Source: Gammaproteobacteria bacterium
GTDB lineage: Bacteria; Pseudomonadota; Gammaproteobacteria; JBCCGL01
Assembly (NCBI GenBank): GCA_965277715.1
Contig: OZ255836.1
Location: 1,600,001 to 1,664,000 of the forward strand
DNA: 64,000 nucleotides
Direction: 5' to 3'
Shown here: positions 15,001 through 21,544 of the stretch, one piece after another
Layout: each line of letters opens with the position of its first letter
How positions within the stretch are numbered: position 1 is the stretch's first letter
Translations under genes and position numbers: made by a program
Notes under the pieces: generated by a model
Seen by the model: the letters and a program-made list of their open reading frames with translations, nothing else
Told to the model about the DNA's origin: nothing
The model's database searches: none

Positions 15001-18000
15001 GGGTGGTCGTGGCCGTATCACCATCGCCATCGGTAATCTGATAGGTGAAAGTGTCCATCAGGCTTTCACCCGATATCAGGGCATTCACTGCCGTATTGTT
15101 GTCGTCCAGATCATAACTGTAACTGCCGTCTGCGTTGATGGTCAACGCACCATACGCGCCTGTCACAGGTGTTGTTGATATTGTTGCCAACGTGCCGCTT
15201 CCTGCCGCTATACCGCTCACCGCACCCCCACTGGCTGCACCATCGGCACCCAGGGTATCGGCATTATCCGTCAGCACATTGCCGGTTATATTCGCTGCCT
15301 GCGCAGGGTCTATACCCTCAATTACAATATTGGTATCCGCCACCGCTGTCGGTGTGTCATCAACAATGCCTATCAGCAGATTAGACGTGATGGTTTGGCC
15401 ATCCGCTTCGGTCAGGGTCAGCGCAAAGCTGTCGCTCTCGATGGCGTTGTCTACATCCGTAGTTGCACCCGTCAGGGTATAGCTATAATTCACCACGCCT
15501 GTGCCACTGTCAAAACCCGTAATGGACAACGTGCCGTTACTGCCGGTTATCGTCACCGCTGAGCTGGATGTAGCCGCCAATTGCGCTGCCGTCAGGGTCG
15601 TACTGCCCACTTGCAGGCTGGTCAAACCATCCGGGGTGCTTAGCGTAAACGTGCCCGTTGTCGTTTCACCCGTTCCTGCGGCATTGGAACCACTGCTTAA
15701 ATCACTTTCCAAGACTTGTGCATCAGTACCCGGAATATTAGCGTTATTATCGATCAGGCCATTTATCGTTGGCGCACCGTCATCGGCACCGTTTATGGTA
15801 ATGGTTAAGGTCGTCGTCGAGCTGTCGCCATCACCATCGGTGATCTGATAAGTAAACGTATCCGTAAGGCTACCGCCTGCCTCCAACCCGTTGACGGTGG
15901 CATTACTGTCATCCAGGTCATAGCTGTAGCTACCGTCTGCGTTGATGGTCAGTGCCCCGTACATGCCTGTCACAGGGTTTGATAGCGCGACCGGCGTGCC
16001 GCTGCCCGCCACTATACCGCTCACCGCACCCCCACTGGCTGCACCATCGGCACCCAGGGTATCGGCACTATCCGTCAACACATTGCCGGTTATATTCGCT
16101 GCCGCTGCGCTTGTGCCCTCGGTTACGCTGTTGGTATCCGCCACCGCTGTCGGTGTGTCATCAACAATGCCTATCAGCAGATTAGACGTGGTGGTTTGGC
16201 CATCGGTTTCGGTCAGGGTCAGCGCAAAACTGTCGCTCTCGATGGCGTTGTCTACATCCGTAGTTGCACCCGTCAGGGTATAGCTATAATTCACCACGCC
16301 TGTGCCACTGTCAAAACCCGTAATGGACAACGTGCCGTTGCTACCGGTTATCGTCACTGGAGAACTGGATGTAGCCGCCAATTGCGCTGCCATGATGGTC
16401 GTACTGCCCACTTGCAGGCTGGTCAAACCGTCCGGGGTGCTTAGCGTAAACGTGCCCGTTGTCGTTTCACCCGTTCCTGCGGCATTGGAACCACTGCTTA
16501 AATCACTTTCCAAGACTTGTGCATCAGTACCCGGAATATTAGCGTTATTATCGATCAGGCCATTTATCGTTGGCGCACCGTCATCGGCACCGTTTATGGT
16601 AATGGTTAAGGTCGTCGTCGAGCTGTCGCCATCACCATCAGTGATCTGATAAGTAAACGTATCCGTGAGGCTACCGCCTGCCTCCAACCCGTTGACGGTG
16701 GCATTACTGTCATCCAGGTCATAGCTGTAGCTACCGTCTGCGTTGATGGTCAGTGCGCCATACATGCCTGTCACAGGGTTTGATAGCGCGACCGGCGTGC
16801 CGCTGCCCGCCACTATACCGCTCACCGCACCCCCACTGGCTGCACCATCGGCACCCAGGGTATCGGCACTATCCGTCAACACGTTGCCGGTTATATTCGC
16901 TGCCGCTGCGCTTGTGCCCTCGGTTACGCTGTTGGTATCTGCTACCGCTGTCGGTGTGTCATCAACAATGCCTATCAGCAGATTAGACGTGCTGGTTTGG
17001 CCATCCGCTTCGGTCAGGGTCAGTGCAAAGCTGTCGCTCTCAATGGCGTTGTCTACATCCGTAGTTGCACCCGCCAGGGTATAGCTATAACTCACTGCGC
17101 CTGTGCCACTGTTAAAACCCGTGATAGACAACGTGCCGTTGCTGCCGGTTATCGTCACCGCTGAGCTGGATGTAGCCACCAATTGCGCTGCCGTCAGGGT
17201 CGTACCGCCCACCTGCAGGCTGGTCAAACCATCCGGGGTGCTTAGCGTAAACGTGCCCGTTGTCGTTTCACCCGTTCCTGCGGCATTGGAACCACTGCTT
17301 AAATCACTTTCCAAGACTTGTGCATCAGTACCCGGAATATTAGCGTTATTATCGATCAGGCCATTTATCGTTGGCGCACCGTCATCGGCACCGTTTATGG
17401 TAATGGTTAAGGTCGTCGTCGAGCTGTCGCCATCACCATCAGTGATCTGATAAGTAAACGTATCCGTGAGGCTACCGCCTGCCTCCAACCCGTTGACGCT
17501 GGCATTACTGTCATCCAGGTCATAGCTGTAGCTGCCGTCTGCGTTGATGGTCAGTGCTCCATACATGCCTGTCACCGGGTTTGATAGCGCGACCGGCGTG
17601 CCGCTGCCCGCCACTATACCGCTCACCGCACCCCCACTGGCTGCACCATCGGCACCCAGGGTATCGGCACTATCCGTCAGCACGTTGCCGGTTATATTCG
17701 CTGCCGCTGCGCTTGTGCCCTCGGTTACGCTGTTGGTATCTGCTACCGCTGTCGGTGTGTCATCAACAATGCCTATACTTAACGTGCCTGCGACGGTGGC
17801 ATTAGTGCCGTCGGTTACTGTCAGCGCAAAACTGTCGGTCTCGGCTGCGTTGTCTACATCCGTAGCCGCACCCGTCAGGGTATAGCTATAAATCACTACG
17901 CCTGTGCTACTATCAAAACCCGTGATAGACAACGTGCCGTTACTGCCGGTTATCGTCACCGCTGAGCTGGATGTAGCCGCCAATTGCGCTGCCGTCAGGG

Positions 18001-18990
18001 TCGTACTGCCCACTTGCAGGCTGGTCAAACCACCCGGGGCGCTTAGCGTAAACGTGCCCGTTGTCGTTTCACCCGCTCCTGCCGCATTGGAACCGTTGCT
18101 TAAATCACTTTCCAGCACCTGTGCATCAGTGCCAGCAATAACACCGGTATTATCGGTCAGGTCATTTATCGTTGGCGCACCGTCATCGGCACCGTTTATG
18201 GTAATCGTTAAGGTCGTCGTCGAGCTATCACCATCACCATCGGTGATCTGATAAGTGAAGGTATCCGTAAGGCTACCGCCTGCCCCCAACCCGTTGACGG
18301 TCGCATTACTGTCATCCAGGTCATAGCTGTAGCTGCCGTTTGCGTTGATGGTCAGTGCGCCATACATGCCCGTCACCGGGTTTGATAGCACGCCCGGCGT
18401 GCCGCTGCCCGCCACTATACCGCTCACCGCACCCCCACTGGCTGCACCATCGGCACCCAGGGTATCGGCATTATCCGTCAGCACGTTGCCGGTTATATTC
18501 GCTGCCTGCGTGGTCGCTGTACCTTCGGTTACGCTGTTGGTATCCGCCACCGCTGTCGGTGTGTCATCAACAATGCCTATCAGCAGATTAGACGTGATGG
18601 TTTGGCCATCGGTTTCGGTCAGGGTCAGTGCAAAACTGTCGCTCTCGGCTGCGTTACCTGCATCCGTAGCCGCACTCGTCAGGGTATAGCTATAGCTCAC
18701 TACGCCTGTACCACTGTTAAAACCCGTGATAGACAACGTGCCGTTGCTACCGGCTATCGTCACTGCTGAACTGGATGTAGCCGCCAATTGCGCTGCCGTC
18801 AGGGTCGTACTGCCCACCTGCAGGCTGGTCAAACCATCCGGGGTGCTTAGCGTAAACGTGCCCGTTGTCGTTTCACCCGTTCCTCCCTCATTGGAACCAC
18901 TGCTTAAATCGCTTTCCAGTACCTGTGCATCAGTGCCCGTAATACTGGTGGTGTTGTCAGTGAAATCAGATATTGCAGGTGAGCCATCAT
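1..18990 (-). repeat. Intragenic tandem array, ~24 copies of a 789-813 bp (263-271 aa) unit
   Basis: Equivalent positions recur at 566, 1370, 2177, 2981, 3785, 4574, 5375, 6179, 6983, 7796, 8597, 9398, 10208, 11009, 11822, 12623, 13433, 14240, 15041, 15848, 16649, 17450 and 18251; the copies are near-identical in DNA. Confidence 0.97.
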
Positions 18991-20008
18991 CTATTGATAC
19001 TACCGTTATTGCAACGGTATCCGTTGATTGTATACCACCGCTTTCAGCGGATAATACTGTTAGCGTGTCAATACCATGGAAATCAGCATTACCGATATAG
19101 CTGACCGTCGCCAACGCCGCATTGATTTGGGTTTCGGTGCCACTCAACGTTAAGGTCGGGCTACTATTGGCACCCGATAAGATTCTTGCCCCTCCAGACA
19201 AATCCACCGTCAAACTACCGCTTCCTACCGATAGTTGTGTATATGCTAAATTACCGCCCGGGTCGGAGACCCTGATACCACTAATCGCCAGCACCATATC
19301 TTCATCGACTGACTGCGTTCCCGGAACACTATTAACCGGAACAACCGGACCCGGCACAGGATCCCTCATTGGTGGTAAAACGATATCTCCCTCTTCTGCA
19401 GAGGGAGGTTCTACAAAAGATGTCGGCAACCCAGATTCACTAACCATCCTGGATGAACCTGTATTTATCATACCTTCAAAAACCCTGGTAGTCTGTTCCG
19501 GGACAGGCGATTGGAAAACCGATAGTGTAGTCGGTAGTACACCTGACCCTGTCACAACCGGCCCATCACCATTGTCTATATCGTAAGTGTCTACATCATC
19601 AATTGGACTGACCCAAACATTGAAAACTGTTTCTACAACGCTGCCATTATTATCTTCAACTGGATTGACCCAAATATTGAAAACTCTCTCTACAACGTTA
19701 CCGCTACCATCATCAACTGTAATAACAAAACTATCTACCCCTATAAAACCCTCATCAGGTTCGTAGATTACGCTACCATCCGCATTGACTGTTACGATAC
19801 CGCGCTCACCACCAGTAGCCAAACCGTAGATAACATCTTTAGTTTCACCAGGATTAACACTGTCTTCCAGGAAATTGTCATCTGTGATAGAGAACGCAAA
19901 TACGCTTGAAGGCAAGTCATTGCCGCCTGCTTCCTGTATGGTTTGGTTATTACTTTCATCAAGGCCATTGTCTTTTGGCGTTTGATTAGTAGGCACTTTT
20001 TCGCTCAT
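1..20008 (-). CDS. Giant repetitive surface adhesin (LapA/BapA-like, probable T1SS substrate), 3' end outside window; >=6,669 aa
   Basis: ATG at 20008 (MSEKVPTNQ...) with an in-frame TAG just upstream. The same frame still reads ...ANITG at positions 16-2, and every repeat period is a multiple of 3. Units contain VCBS-type Ig motifs (YGALTINADGSYSYDLDD, TDTFTYQITDGDGD, TLTITING) and IGIVDDTPTAVAD linkers. Not every codon was checked for stops. Confidence 0.9.
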   Translation of the reverse strand, partial: MSEKVPTNQTPKDNGLDESNNQTIQEAGGNDLPSSVFAFSITDDNFLEDSVNPGETKDVIYGLATGGERGIVTVNADGSVIYEPDEGFIGVDSFVITVDDGSGNVVERVFNIWVNPVEDNNGSVVETVFNVWVSPIDDVDTYDIDNGDGPVVTGSGVLPTTLSVFQSPVPEQTTRVFEGMINTGSSRMVSESGLPTSFVEPPSAEEGDIVLPPMRDPVPGPVVPVNSVPGTQSVDEDMVLAISGIRVSDPGGNLAYTQLSVGSGSLTVDLSGGARILSGANSSPTLTLSGTETQINAALATVSYIGNADFHGIDTLTVLSAESGGIQSTDTVAITVVSIDDGSPAISDFTDNTTSITGTDAQVLESDLSSGSNEGGTGETTTGTFTLSTPDGLTSLQVGSTTLTAAQLAATSSSAVTIAGSNGTLSITGFNSGTGVVSYSYTLTSAATDAGNAAESDSFALTLTETDGQTITSNLLIGIVDDTPTAVADTNSVTEGTATTQAANITGNVLTDNADTLGADGAASGGAVSGIVAGSGTPGVLSNPVTGMYGALTINANGSYSYDLDDSNATVNGLGAGGSLTDTFTYQITDGDGDSSTTTLTITINGADDGAPTINDLTDNTGVIAGTDAQVLESDLSNGSNAAGAGETTTGTFTLSAPGGLTSLQVGSTTLTAAQLAATSSSAVTITGSNGTLSITGFDSSTGVVIYSYTLTGAATDVDNAAETDSFALTVTDGTNATVAGTLSIGIVDDTPTAVADTNSVTEGTSAAAANITGNVLTDSADTLGADGAASGGAVSGIVAGSGTPVALSNPVTGMYGALTINADGSYSYDLDDSNASVNGLEAGGSLTDTFTYQITDGDGDSSTTTLTITINGADDGAPTINGLIDNNANIPGTDAQVLESDLSSGSNAAGTGETTTGTFTLSTPDGLTSLQVGGTTLTAAQLVATSSSAVTITGSNGTLSITGFNSGTGAVSYSYTLAGATTDVDNAIESDSFALTLTEADGQTSTSNLLIGIVDDTPTAVADTNSVTEGTSAAAANITGNVLTDSADTLGADGAASGGAVSGIVAGSGTPVALSNPVTGMYGALTINADGSYSYDLDDSNATVNGLEAGGSLTDTFTYQITDGDGDSSTTTLTITINGADDGAPTINGLIDNNANIPGTDAQVLESDLSSGSNAAGTGETTTGTFTLSTPDGLTSLQVGSTTIMAAQLAATSSSPVTITGSNGTLSITGFDSGTGVVNYSYTLTGATTDVDNAIESDSFALTLTETDGQTTTSNLLIGIVDDTPTAVADTNSVTEGTSAAAANITGNVLTDSADTLGADGAASGGAVSGIVAGSGTPVALSNPVTGMYGALTINADGSYSYDLDDSNATVNGLEAGGSLTDTFTYQITDGDGDSSTTTLTITINGADDGAPTINGLIDNNANIPGTDAQVLESDLSSGSNAAGTGETTTGTFTLSTPDGLTSLQVGSTTLTAAQLAATSSSAVTITGSNGTLSITGFDSGTGVVNYSYTLTGATTDVDNAIESDSFALTLTEADGQTITSNLLIGIVDDTPTAVADTNIVIEGIDPAQAANITGNVLTDNADTLGADGAASGGAVSGIAAGSGTLATISTTPVTGAYGALTINADGSYSYDLDDNNTAVNALISGESLMDTFTYQITDGDGDTATTTLTITINGSNDGGLNLSGLTDNNASIPGTDAQVLESDLSSGSNAAGTGETTTGTFTLSTPDGLTSLQVGSMTLTAAQLAATSSSAVTIAGSNGTLSITGFNSGTGVVSYSYTLTGATTDAGNAAETDSFALTVTDDTNSTAAGTLSIGIVDDTPTAVADTNSVTEGTSTAAANITGNVLTDSADTLGADGAASGGAVSGIVAGSGTPVALSNPVTGMYGALTINADGSYSYDLDDSNATVNGLGAGGSLTDTFTYQITDGDGDSSTTTLTITINGADDGAPTINGLIDNNANIPGTDAQVLESDLSSGSNAAGTGETTTGTFTLSTPDGLTSLQVGSTTLTAQDLVATSSSAVTITGSNGTLSITGFNSGTGAVSYSYTLTSATTDVSNAIESDSFALTLTEADGQTTTSNLLIGIVDDAPTAVADTNSVTEGTSAAAANITGNVLTDNADTLGADGAASGGAVSGIAAGAGSGTPVALSNPVTGMYGALSINADGSYSYDLDDSNASVNGLGAGGSLTDTFTYQITDGDGDSSTTTLTITINGADDGAPTINGLTDNTGVIAGTDAQVLESDLSSGSNAAGTGETTTGTFTLSTPDGLTSLEVGGMTLTAAQLVATSSSAVTITGSNGTLSITGFNSGTGAVSYSYTLTGATTDVGNATTPETDSFALTLTETDGQTTTSNLLIGIVDDIPTAVADTNSVTEGTATAQAANITGNVLTDSADILGADGAASGGAVSGIVAGSGTPGALSNPVAGMYGALSINADGSYSYDLDDNNTAVNALISGESLMDTFTYQITDGDGDTATTTLTITINGSNDGGLNLSGLTDNNASIPGTDAQVLESDLSSGSNAAGTGETTTGTFTLSTPDGLTSLQVGSMTLTAAQLAATSSSAVTIAGSNGTLSITGFNSGTGAVSYSYTLTSATTDAGNAAETDSFALTVTDGTNATAAGTLSIGIVDDTPTAVADTNSVTEGTSAAAANITGNVLTDSADTLGADGAASGGAVSGIVAGSGTPGVLSNPVTGMYGALSINADGSYSYDLDDSNASVNGLGAGDSLMDTFTYQITDGDGDSSTTTLTITINGADDGAPTINGLTDNTGVIAGTDAQVLESDLSSGSNAAGAGETTTGTFTLSTPDGLTSLEVGSMTLTAAQLAATSSSPVTITGSNGTLSITGFNSGTGAVSYSYTLTSATTDVGNATTPETDSFALTLTEADGQTSTSNLLIGIVDDTPTAVADTNIVIEGIDPAQAANITGNVLTDNADILGADGATSGGAVSGIAAGSGTLATISTTPVAGAYGALTINADGSYSYDLDDNNTAVNALISGESLMDTFTYQITDGDGDTATTTLTITINGSNDGGPNLSGLIDNNVNIPGTDAQVLESDLSSGSNAAGTGETTTGTFTLSTPDGLTSLQVGSTTLTAAQLAATSSSAVTIVGSNGTLSITGFNSGTGVVSYSYTLTSATTDAGNAAETDSFALTVTDDTNAIAAGTLSIGIVDDTPTAVADTNSVTEGTSAAAANITGNVLTDSADTLGADGAASGGAVSGIVAGSGTPGALSNPVTGMYGALTINADGSYSYDLDDSNATVNGLGAGGSLTDTFTYQITDGDGDSSTTTLTITINGADDGAPTINGLTDNTGVIAGTDAQVLESDLSNGSNAAGTGETTTGTFTLSTPDGLTSLQVGSTTLTAQDLVATSSSAVMIIGSNGTLSITGFNSGTGVVSYSYTLTSAATDVGNATTPETDSFALTLTETDGQTTTSNLLIGIVDDTPTAVADTNSVTEGTAITQAANITGNVLTDSADTLGADGAASGGAVSGIVAGSGTPVALSNPVTGMYGALSINADGSYSYDLDDSNASVNGLGAGGSLTDTFTYQITDGDGDSSTTTLTITINGADDGAPTINGLTDNTGVIAGTDAQVLESDLSSGSNAAGTGETTTGTFTLSTPDGLTSLEVGGMTLTAAQLAATSSSPMTITGSNGTLSITGFDSGTGAVSYSYTLMSATTDVDNAIESDSFALTLTETDGQTSTSNLLIGIVDDTPTAVADTNSVTEGTSAAAANITGNVLTDSADTLGADGAASGGAVSGIVAGSGTPVALSNPVTGMYGALSINADGSYSYDLDDSNATVNGLGAGDSLMDTFTYQITDGDGDSSTTTLTITINGADDGAPTINGLIDNNANIPGTDAQVLESDLSSGSNAAGTGETTTGTFTLSTPDGLTSLEVGGMTLTAAQLAATSSSPVTITGSNGTLSITGFNSGTGAVSYSYTLAGATTDVDNAIESDSFALTLTETDGQTSMSNLLIGIVDDTPTAVADTNSVTEGTSAAAANITGNVLTDSADTLGADGAASGGAVSGIVAGSGTPGALSNPVTGMYGALTINADGSYSYDLDDSNASVNGLGAGDSLMDTFTYQITDGDGDSSTTTLTITINGADDGAPTINGLTDNTGVIAGTDAQVLESDLSSGSNAAGTGETTTGTFTLSTPDGLTSLQVGSTTLTVQDLAATSSSPVTITGSNGTLSITGFNSGTGAVSYSYTLTSATTDVGNATTPETDSFALTLTETDGQTITSNLLIGIVDDTPTAVADTNSVTEGAATAQAANITGNVLTDNADILGADGAASGGAVSGIAAGSGTLATISTTPVAGAYGALTINADGSYSYDLDDNNTAVNALISGESLMDTFTYQITDGDGDTATTTLTITINGSNDGGPNLSGLTDNNASIPGTDAQVLESDLSSGSNAAGTGETTTGTFTLSTPDGLTSLQVGSTIIMAAQLAATSTSSAVTITGSNGTLSITGFNSGTGVVSYSYTLTGATTDAGNAAETDSFALTVTDDTNATAAGTLSIGIVDDTPTAVADTNSVTEGTSAAAANITGNVLTDSADTLGADGAASGGAVSGIVAGSGTPGVLSNPVTGMYGALTINADGSYSYDLDDSNATVNGLGAGGSLTDTFTYQITDGDGDSSTTTLTITINGADDGAPTINGLIDNNANIPGTDAQVLESDLSSGSNAAGTGETTTGTFTLSTPDGLTSLQVGSTTLTAQDLVATSSSAVTITGSNGTLSITGFNSGTGVVNYSYTLAGATTDVDNAIESDSFALTLTETDGQTITSNLLIGIVDDTPTAVADTNSVTEGTAITQAANITGNVLTDNADTLGADGAASGGAVSGIVAGSGTPVALSNPVTGMYGALSINADGSYSYDLDDSNATVNGLGAGGSLTDTFTYQITDGDGDSSTTTLTITINGADDGAPTINGLIDNTGVIAGTDAQVLESDLSSGSNAAGTGETTTGTFTLSTPDGLTSLEVGGTTLTAAQLAATSSSPVTITGSNGTLSITGFDSGTGAVSYSYTLTSAATDVDNAIESDSFALTLTETDDQTTTSNLLIGIVDDTPTAVADTNSVTEGTSAAAANITGNVLTDSADTLGADGVASGGAVSGIVAGSGTPVALSNPVTGMYGALNINADGSYSYDLDDSNASVNGLGAGDSLTDTFTYQITDGDGDSSTTTLTITINGADDGAPTINDLIDNNANIPGTDAQVLESDLSNGSNAMGAGETTTGMFTLSTPDGLTSLQVGGTTIMAAQLAATSSSPVTITGSNGTLSITGFNSGTGVVSYSYTLTSAATDVSNAIESDSFALTLTEADGQTSTSNLLIGIVDDTPTAVADTNSVTEGTSAAAANITGNVLTDSADTLGADGGAVSGIVAGSGTPGALSNPVTGMYGALSINADGSYSYDLDDSNASVNGLRAGGSLTDTFTYQITDGDGDSSTTTLTITINGADDGAPTINDLTDNTGVIAGTDAQVLESDLSNGSNAAGAGETTTGTFTLSTPDGLTSLQVGGTTIMAAQLAATSSSPVTITGSNGTLSITGFNTGTGAVSYSYTLAGATTDVDNAIESDSFALTLTEADGQTIASNLLIGIVDDTPTAVADTNSVTEGTSTAAAANITGNVLTDSADTLGADGAASGGAVSGIVAGSGTPVALSNPVTGMYGALSINADGSYSYDLDDSNATVNGLGAGGSLTDTFTYQITDGDGDSSTTTLTITINGADDGAPTINGLIDNNANIPGTDVQVLESDLSNGSNATGTGETTAGTFTLSTPDGLTSLQVGGTTLTAAQLAATSSSAMTITGSNGTLSITGFNSGTGVVNYSYTLAGATTDVDNAIESDSFALTLTEADGQTTTSNLLIGIVDDIPTAVADTNSVTEGTSAAAANITGNVLTDSADDTLGADGAASGGAVSGIVAGSGTPVALSNPVTGMYGALSINADGSYSYDLDDSNATVNGLGAGGSLTDTFTYQITDGDGDSSTTTLTITINGADDGAPTINDLTDNTGVIAGTDAQVLESDLSNGSNAGGTGETTTGMFTLSTPDGLTSLQVGGTTLTAAQLAATSSSAMTITGSNGTLSITGFNSGTGVVNYSYTLAGATTDVGNATTPETDSFALTLTETDGQTSTSNLLIGIVDDTPTAVADTNSVTEGTSAAAANITGNVLTDSADTLGADGAASGGAVSGIVAGSGTPGALSNPVTGMYGALTINADGSYSYDLDDSNATVNGLGAGGSLTDTFTYQITDGDGDSSTTTLTITINGADDGAPTINDLIDNNANIPGTDVQVLESDLSNGSNAAGTGETTAGTFTLSTPDGLTSLQVGGTTLTAAQLAATSSSAMTITGINGTLSITGFNSGTGAVSYSYTLAGATTDVDNAIESDSFALTLTEADGQTTTSNLLIGIVDDIPTAVADTNSVTEGTSAAAANITGNVLTDSADDTLGADGAASGGAVSGIVAGSGTPVALSNPVTGMYGALSINADGSYSYDLDDSNATVNGLGAGGSLTDTFTYQITDGDGDSSTTTLTITINGADDGAPTINNLIDNNANIPGTDAQVLESDLSSGSNAMGTGETTTGMFTLSTPDGLTSLQVGGTTLTAAQLAATSSSAMTITGSNGTLSITGFNSGTGVVNYSYTLAGATTDVDNAIESDSFALTLTEADGQTTTSNLLIGIVDDTPTAVADTNSVTEGTSAAAANITG

Positions 20009-20084
20009 GATCTTGATTCTCTAGTGGTTAACGGCCAACCTTTCAGGCTTCCTTTAGAATAGGTTTTAGGCCCACAAGGATTAC

Positions 20085-20113
20085 AATTAGTTCAAATTAG
20101 TTCAATTAGTTCA
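20085..20113. repeat. Three direct repeats (A)ATTAGTTCA in the adhesin upstream region
   Basis: aattagttca-aattagttca-attagttca, 77-105 bp upstream of the ATG at 20008. Confidence 0.8.
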
Positions 20114-20275
20114 ACTGTTTCAGTACAAAGGGTACTATAAATTTTATCGCATGATGCATATGGACAACACAAAGCTAGACCTTCGTCTCACTATTATCCA
20201 CTAAATTCAAACGTTAATCAGCAAGTGGTTATTGTCGATACTGGAATGTTTTTGGGCAATTGCTTCCACTCTCTG

Positions 20276-21544
20276 TCAAACTGTATCGGTGACGACAATA
20301 CTATTACCGATTAAGCTGTCTAACATACTTGATTGATGTTCACTGGTGCCAACCACAATATCAGGCCTTGTTTTTAACGTAATTAACAGATCAGCATTGG
20401 TTTGTGCCGCCGTTAATTGGGCTGTAGCCGTTGTATCCGCCGCACCCGCCGAAATGCCCGCATTTGTCCCGCCGGTGCCATTGTGATCAATGTAAAGGTT
20501 AACGCCTGCATCATTGATGTCAATATAAATATAATCAGCAAGGTTACCAATATCCAGGTTCACACCACTTACGTCGATGGTGTTTTGATTTTCTCCCTCC
20601 AACAGATCTACCAGGTTCAATACATCCTGCCTATCCCGATTATCTTCAGTGGCGTCAAAACGGCGAAAATCCATGACAATGTCTGTATCTCTACTATCTG
20701 CATCTGCTGTGCCGTGGTTATCAATACCCCATACCTCTGTAAAAGGTAGTAACAATCCAGGTTCTTCAATCGTTCCAGATGAACCTGAACTTATTATTTT
20801 TTCAAAATGCGAAATAGTCTGTTCCAAAACAGGTGACGGTGAAATCATTATTGCCGGTGTCACTGGTAATGCCCCTGCCCCTGTTAAAGTCGTCGTATAA
20901 ATCAGGCCAATAGGTGTTCCCACACCCTCACCGATATAAACAGTGACCTCTTGCGGTTTACTGCCTAAACCATCCGTTGGTGCCACCAGAAAGGTATCCA
21001 CCCCCGTAAAAGACGGGTTCGGTTGATAGGTAAACGTACCGTTGGGGTTGAGTTCAACCGTACCGTGACTTGCATCACCGACCAAATCATAGGCAATGGG
21101 ATCGCCCTCTGGATCGATTGCAAATAAACCCGATTCTATCAGTACCCCCTGTTCTGTAGCATACTCATAGCTTGCCAAAACCGGCACATCATTAGTGCCT
21201 GCATCATCAACTGGATTGACCCATATATTGACAACTTTTTTTATAACGTTACCACTACCATCATCAGCCGTAATAACAAAACTATCTGACCCTGCAAAAT
21301 CCTTACCGGGTTCATAGCTGAAGGTACCGTCTGCATTGATTGTCACTCTACCTTGTCCGCTACCAACAGCCAAACCGTAGACAACACCCTCAATCTCACC
21401 AGAATTAACACTGCTTTCCAGCAGGCTGTCTTCTGTAGTAGAAAACGCCAATACGGCTGGAGACGCGGCATTGCCGCCTATTTCCTGTATGGTTTGATTA
21501 TCACTTTCAACGCCATTATCTTTTAGCACTTGATTAGTAAACAC
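20276..21544 (-). CDS. Short adhesin paralogue: two Big_9/cadherin-like Ig domains plus a type I secretion C-terminal target domain
   Basis: Ig motifs INADGTFSYEP..F.GSDSF and LNPNGTFTYQP..FTGVDTF. The C-terminal DIVMDF...DVLNLVDLLEG matches the T1SS target pattern. The N-terminus is collinear with the giant adhesin. AGGAG lies 7 nt before the GTG. Confidence 0.8.
   Translation of the reverse strand: MFTNQVLKDNGVESDNQTIQEIGGNAASPAVLAFSTTEDSLLESSVNSGEIEGVVYGLAVGSGQGRVTINADGTFSYEPGKDFAGSDSFVITADDGSGNVIKKVVNIWVNPVDDAGTNDVPVLASYEYATEQGVLIESGLFAIDPEGDPIAYDLVGDASHGTVELNPNGTFTYQPNPSFTGVDTFLVAPTDGLGSKPQEVTVYIGEGVGTPIGLIYTTTLTGAGALPVTPAIMISPSPVLEQTISHFEKIISSGSSGTIEEPGLLLPFTEVWGIDNHGTADADSRDTDIVMDFRRFDATEDNRDRQDVLNLVDLLEGENQNTIDVSGVNLDIGNLADYIYIDINDAGVNLYIDHNGTGGTNAGISAGAADTTATAQLTAAQTNADLLITLKTRPDIVVGTSEHQSSMLDSLIGNSIVVTDTV

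Noticed and set aside
1-18990. Possible CRISPR array or array of separate gene cassettes
   Set aside because: Units are ~800 bp, in-frame and contiguous, with no unique spacers and no cas or recombinase genes nearby.
219-19586. Dozens of repeated plus-strand ORFs (MPLLKPV..., MMLSAPY..., MPHTC...)
   Set aside because: Antisense shadows of the minus-strand adhesin. They recur with the repeat period and show no recognisable motifs or RBS.
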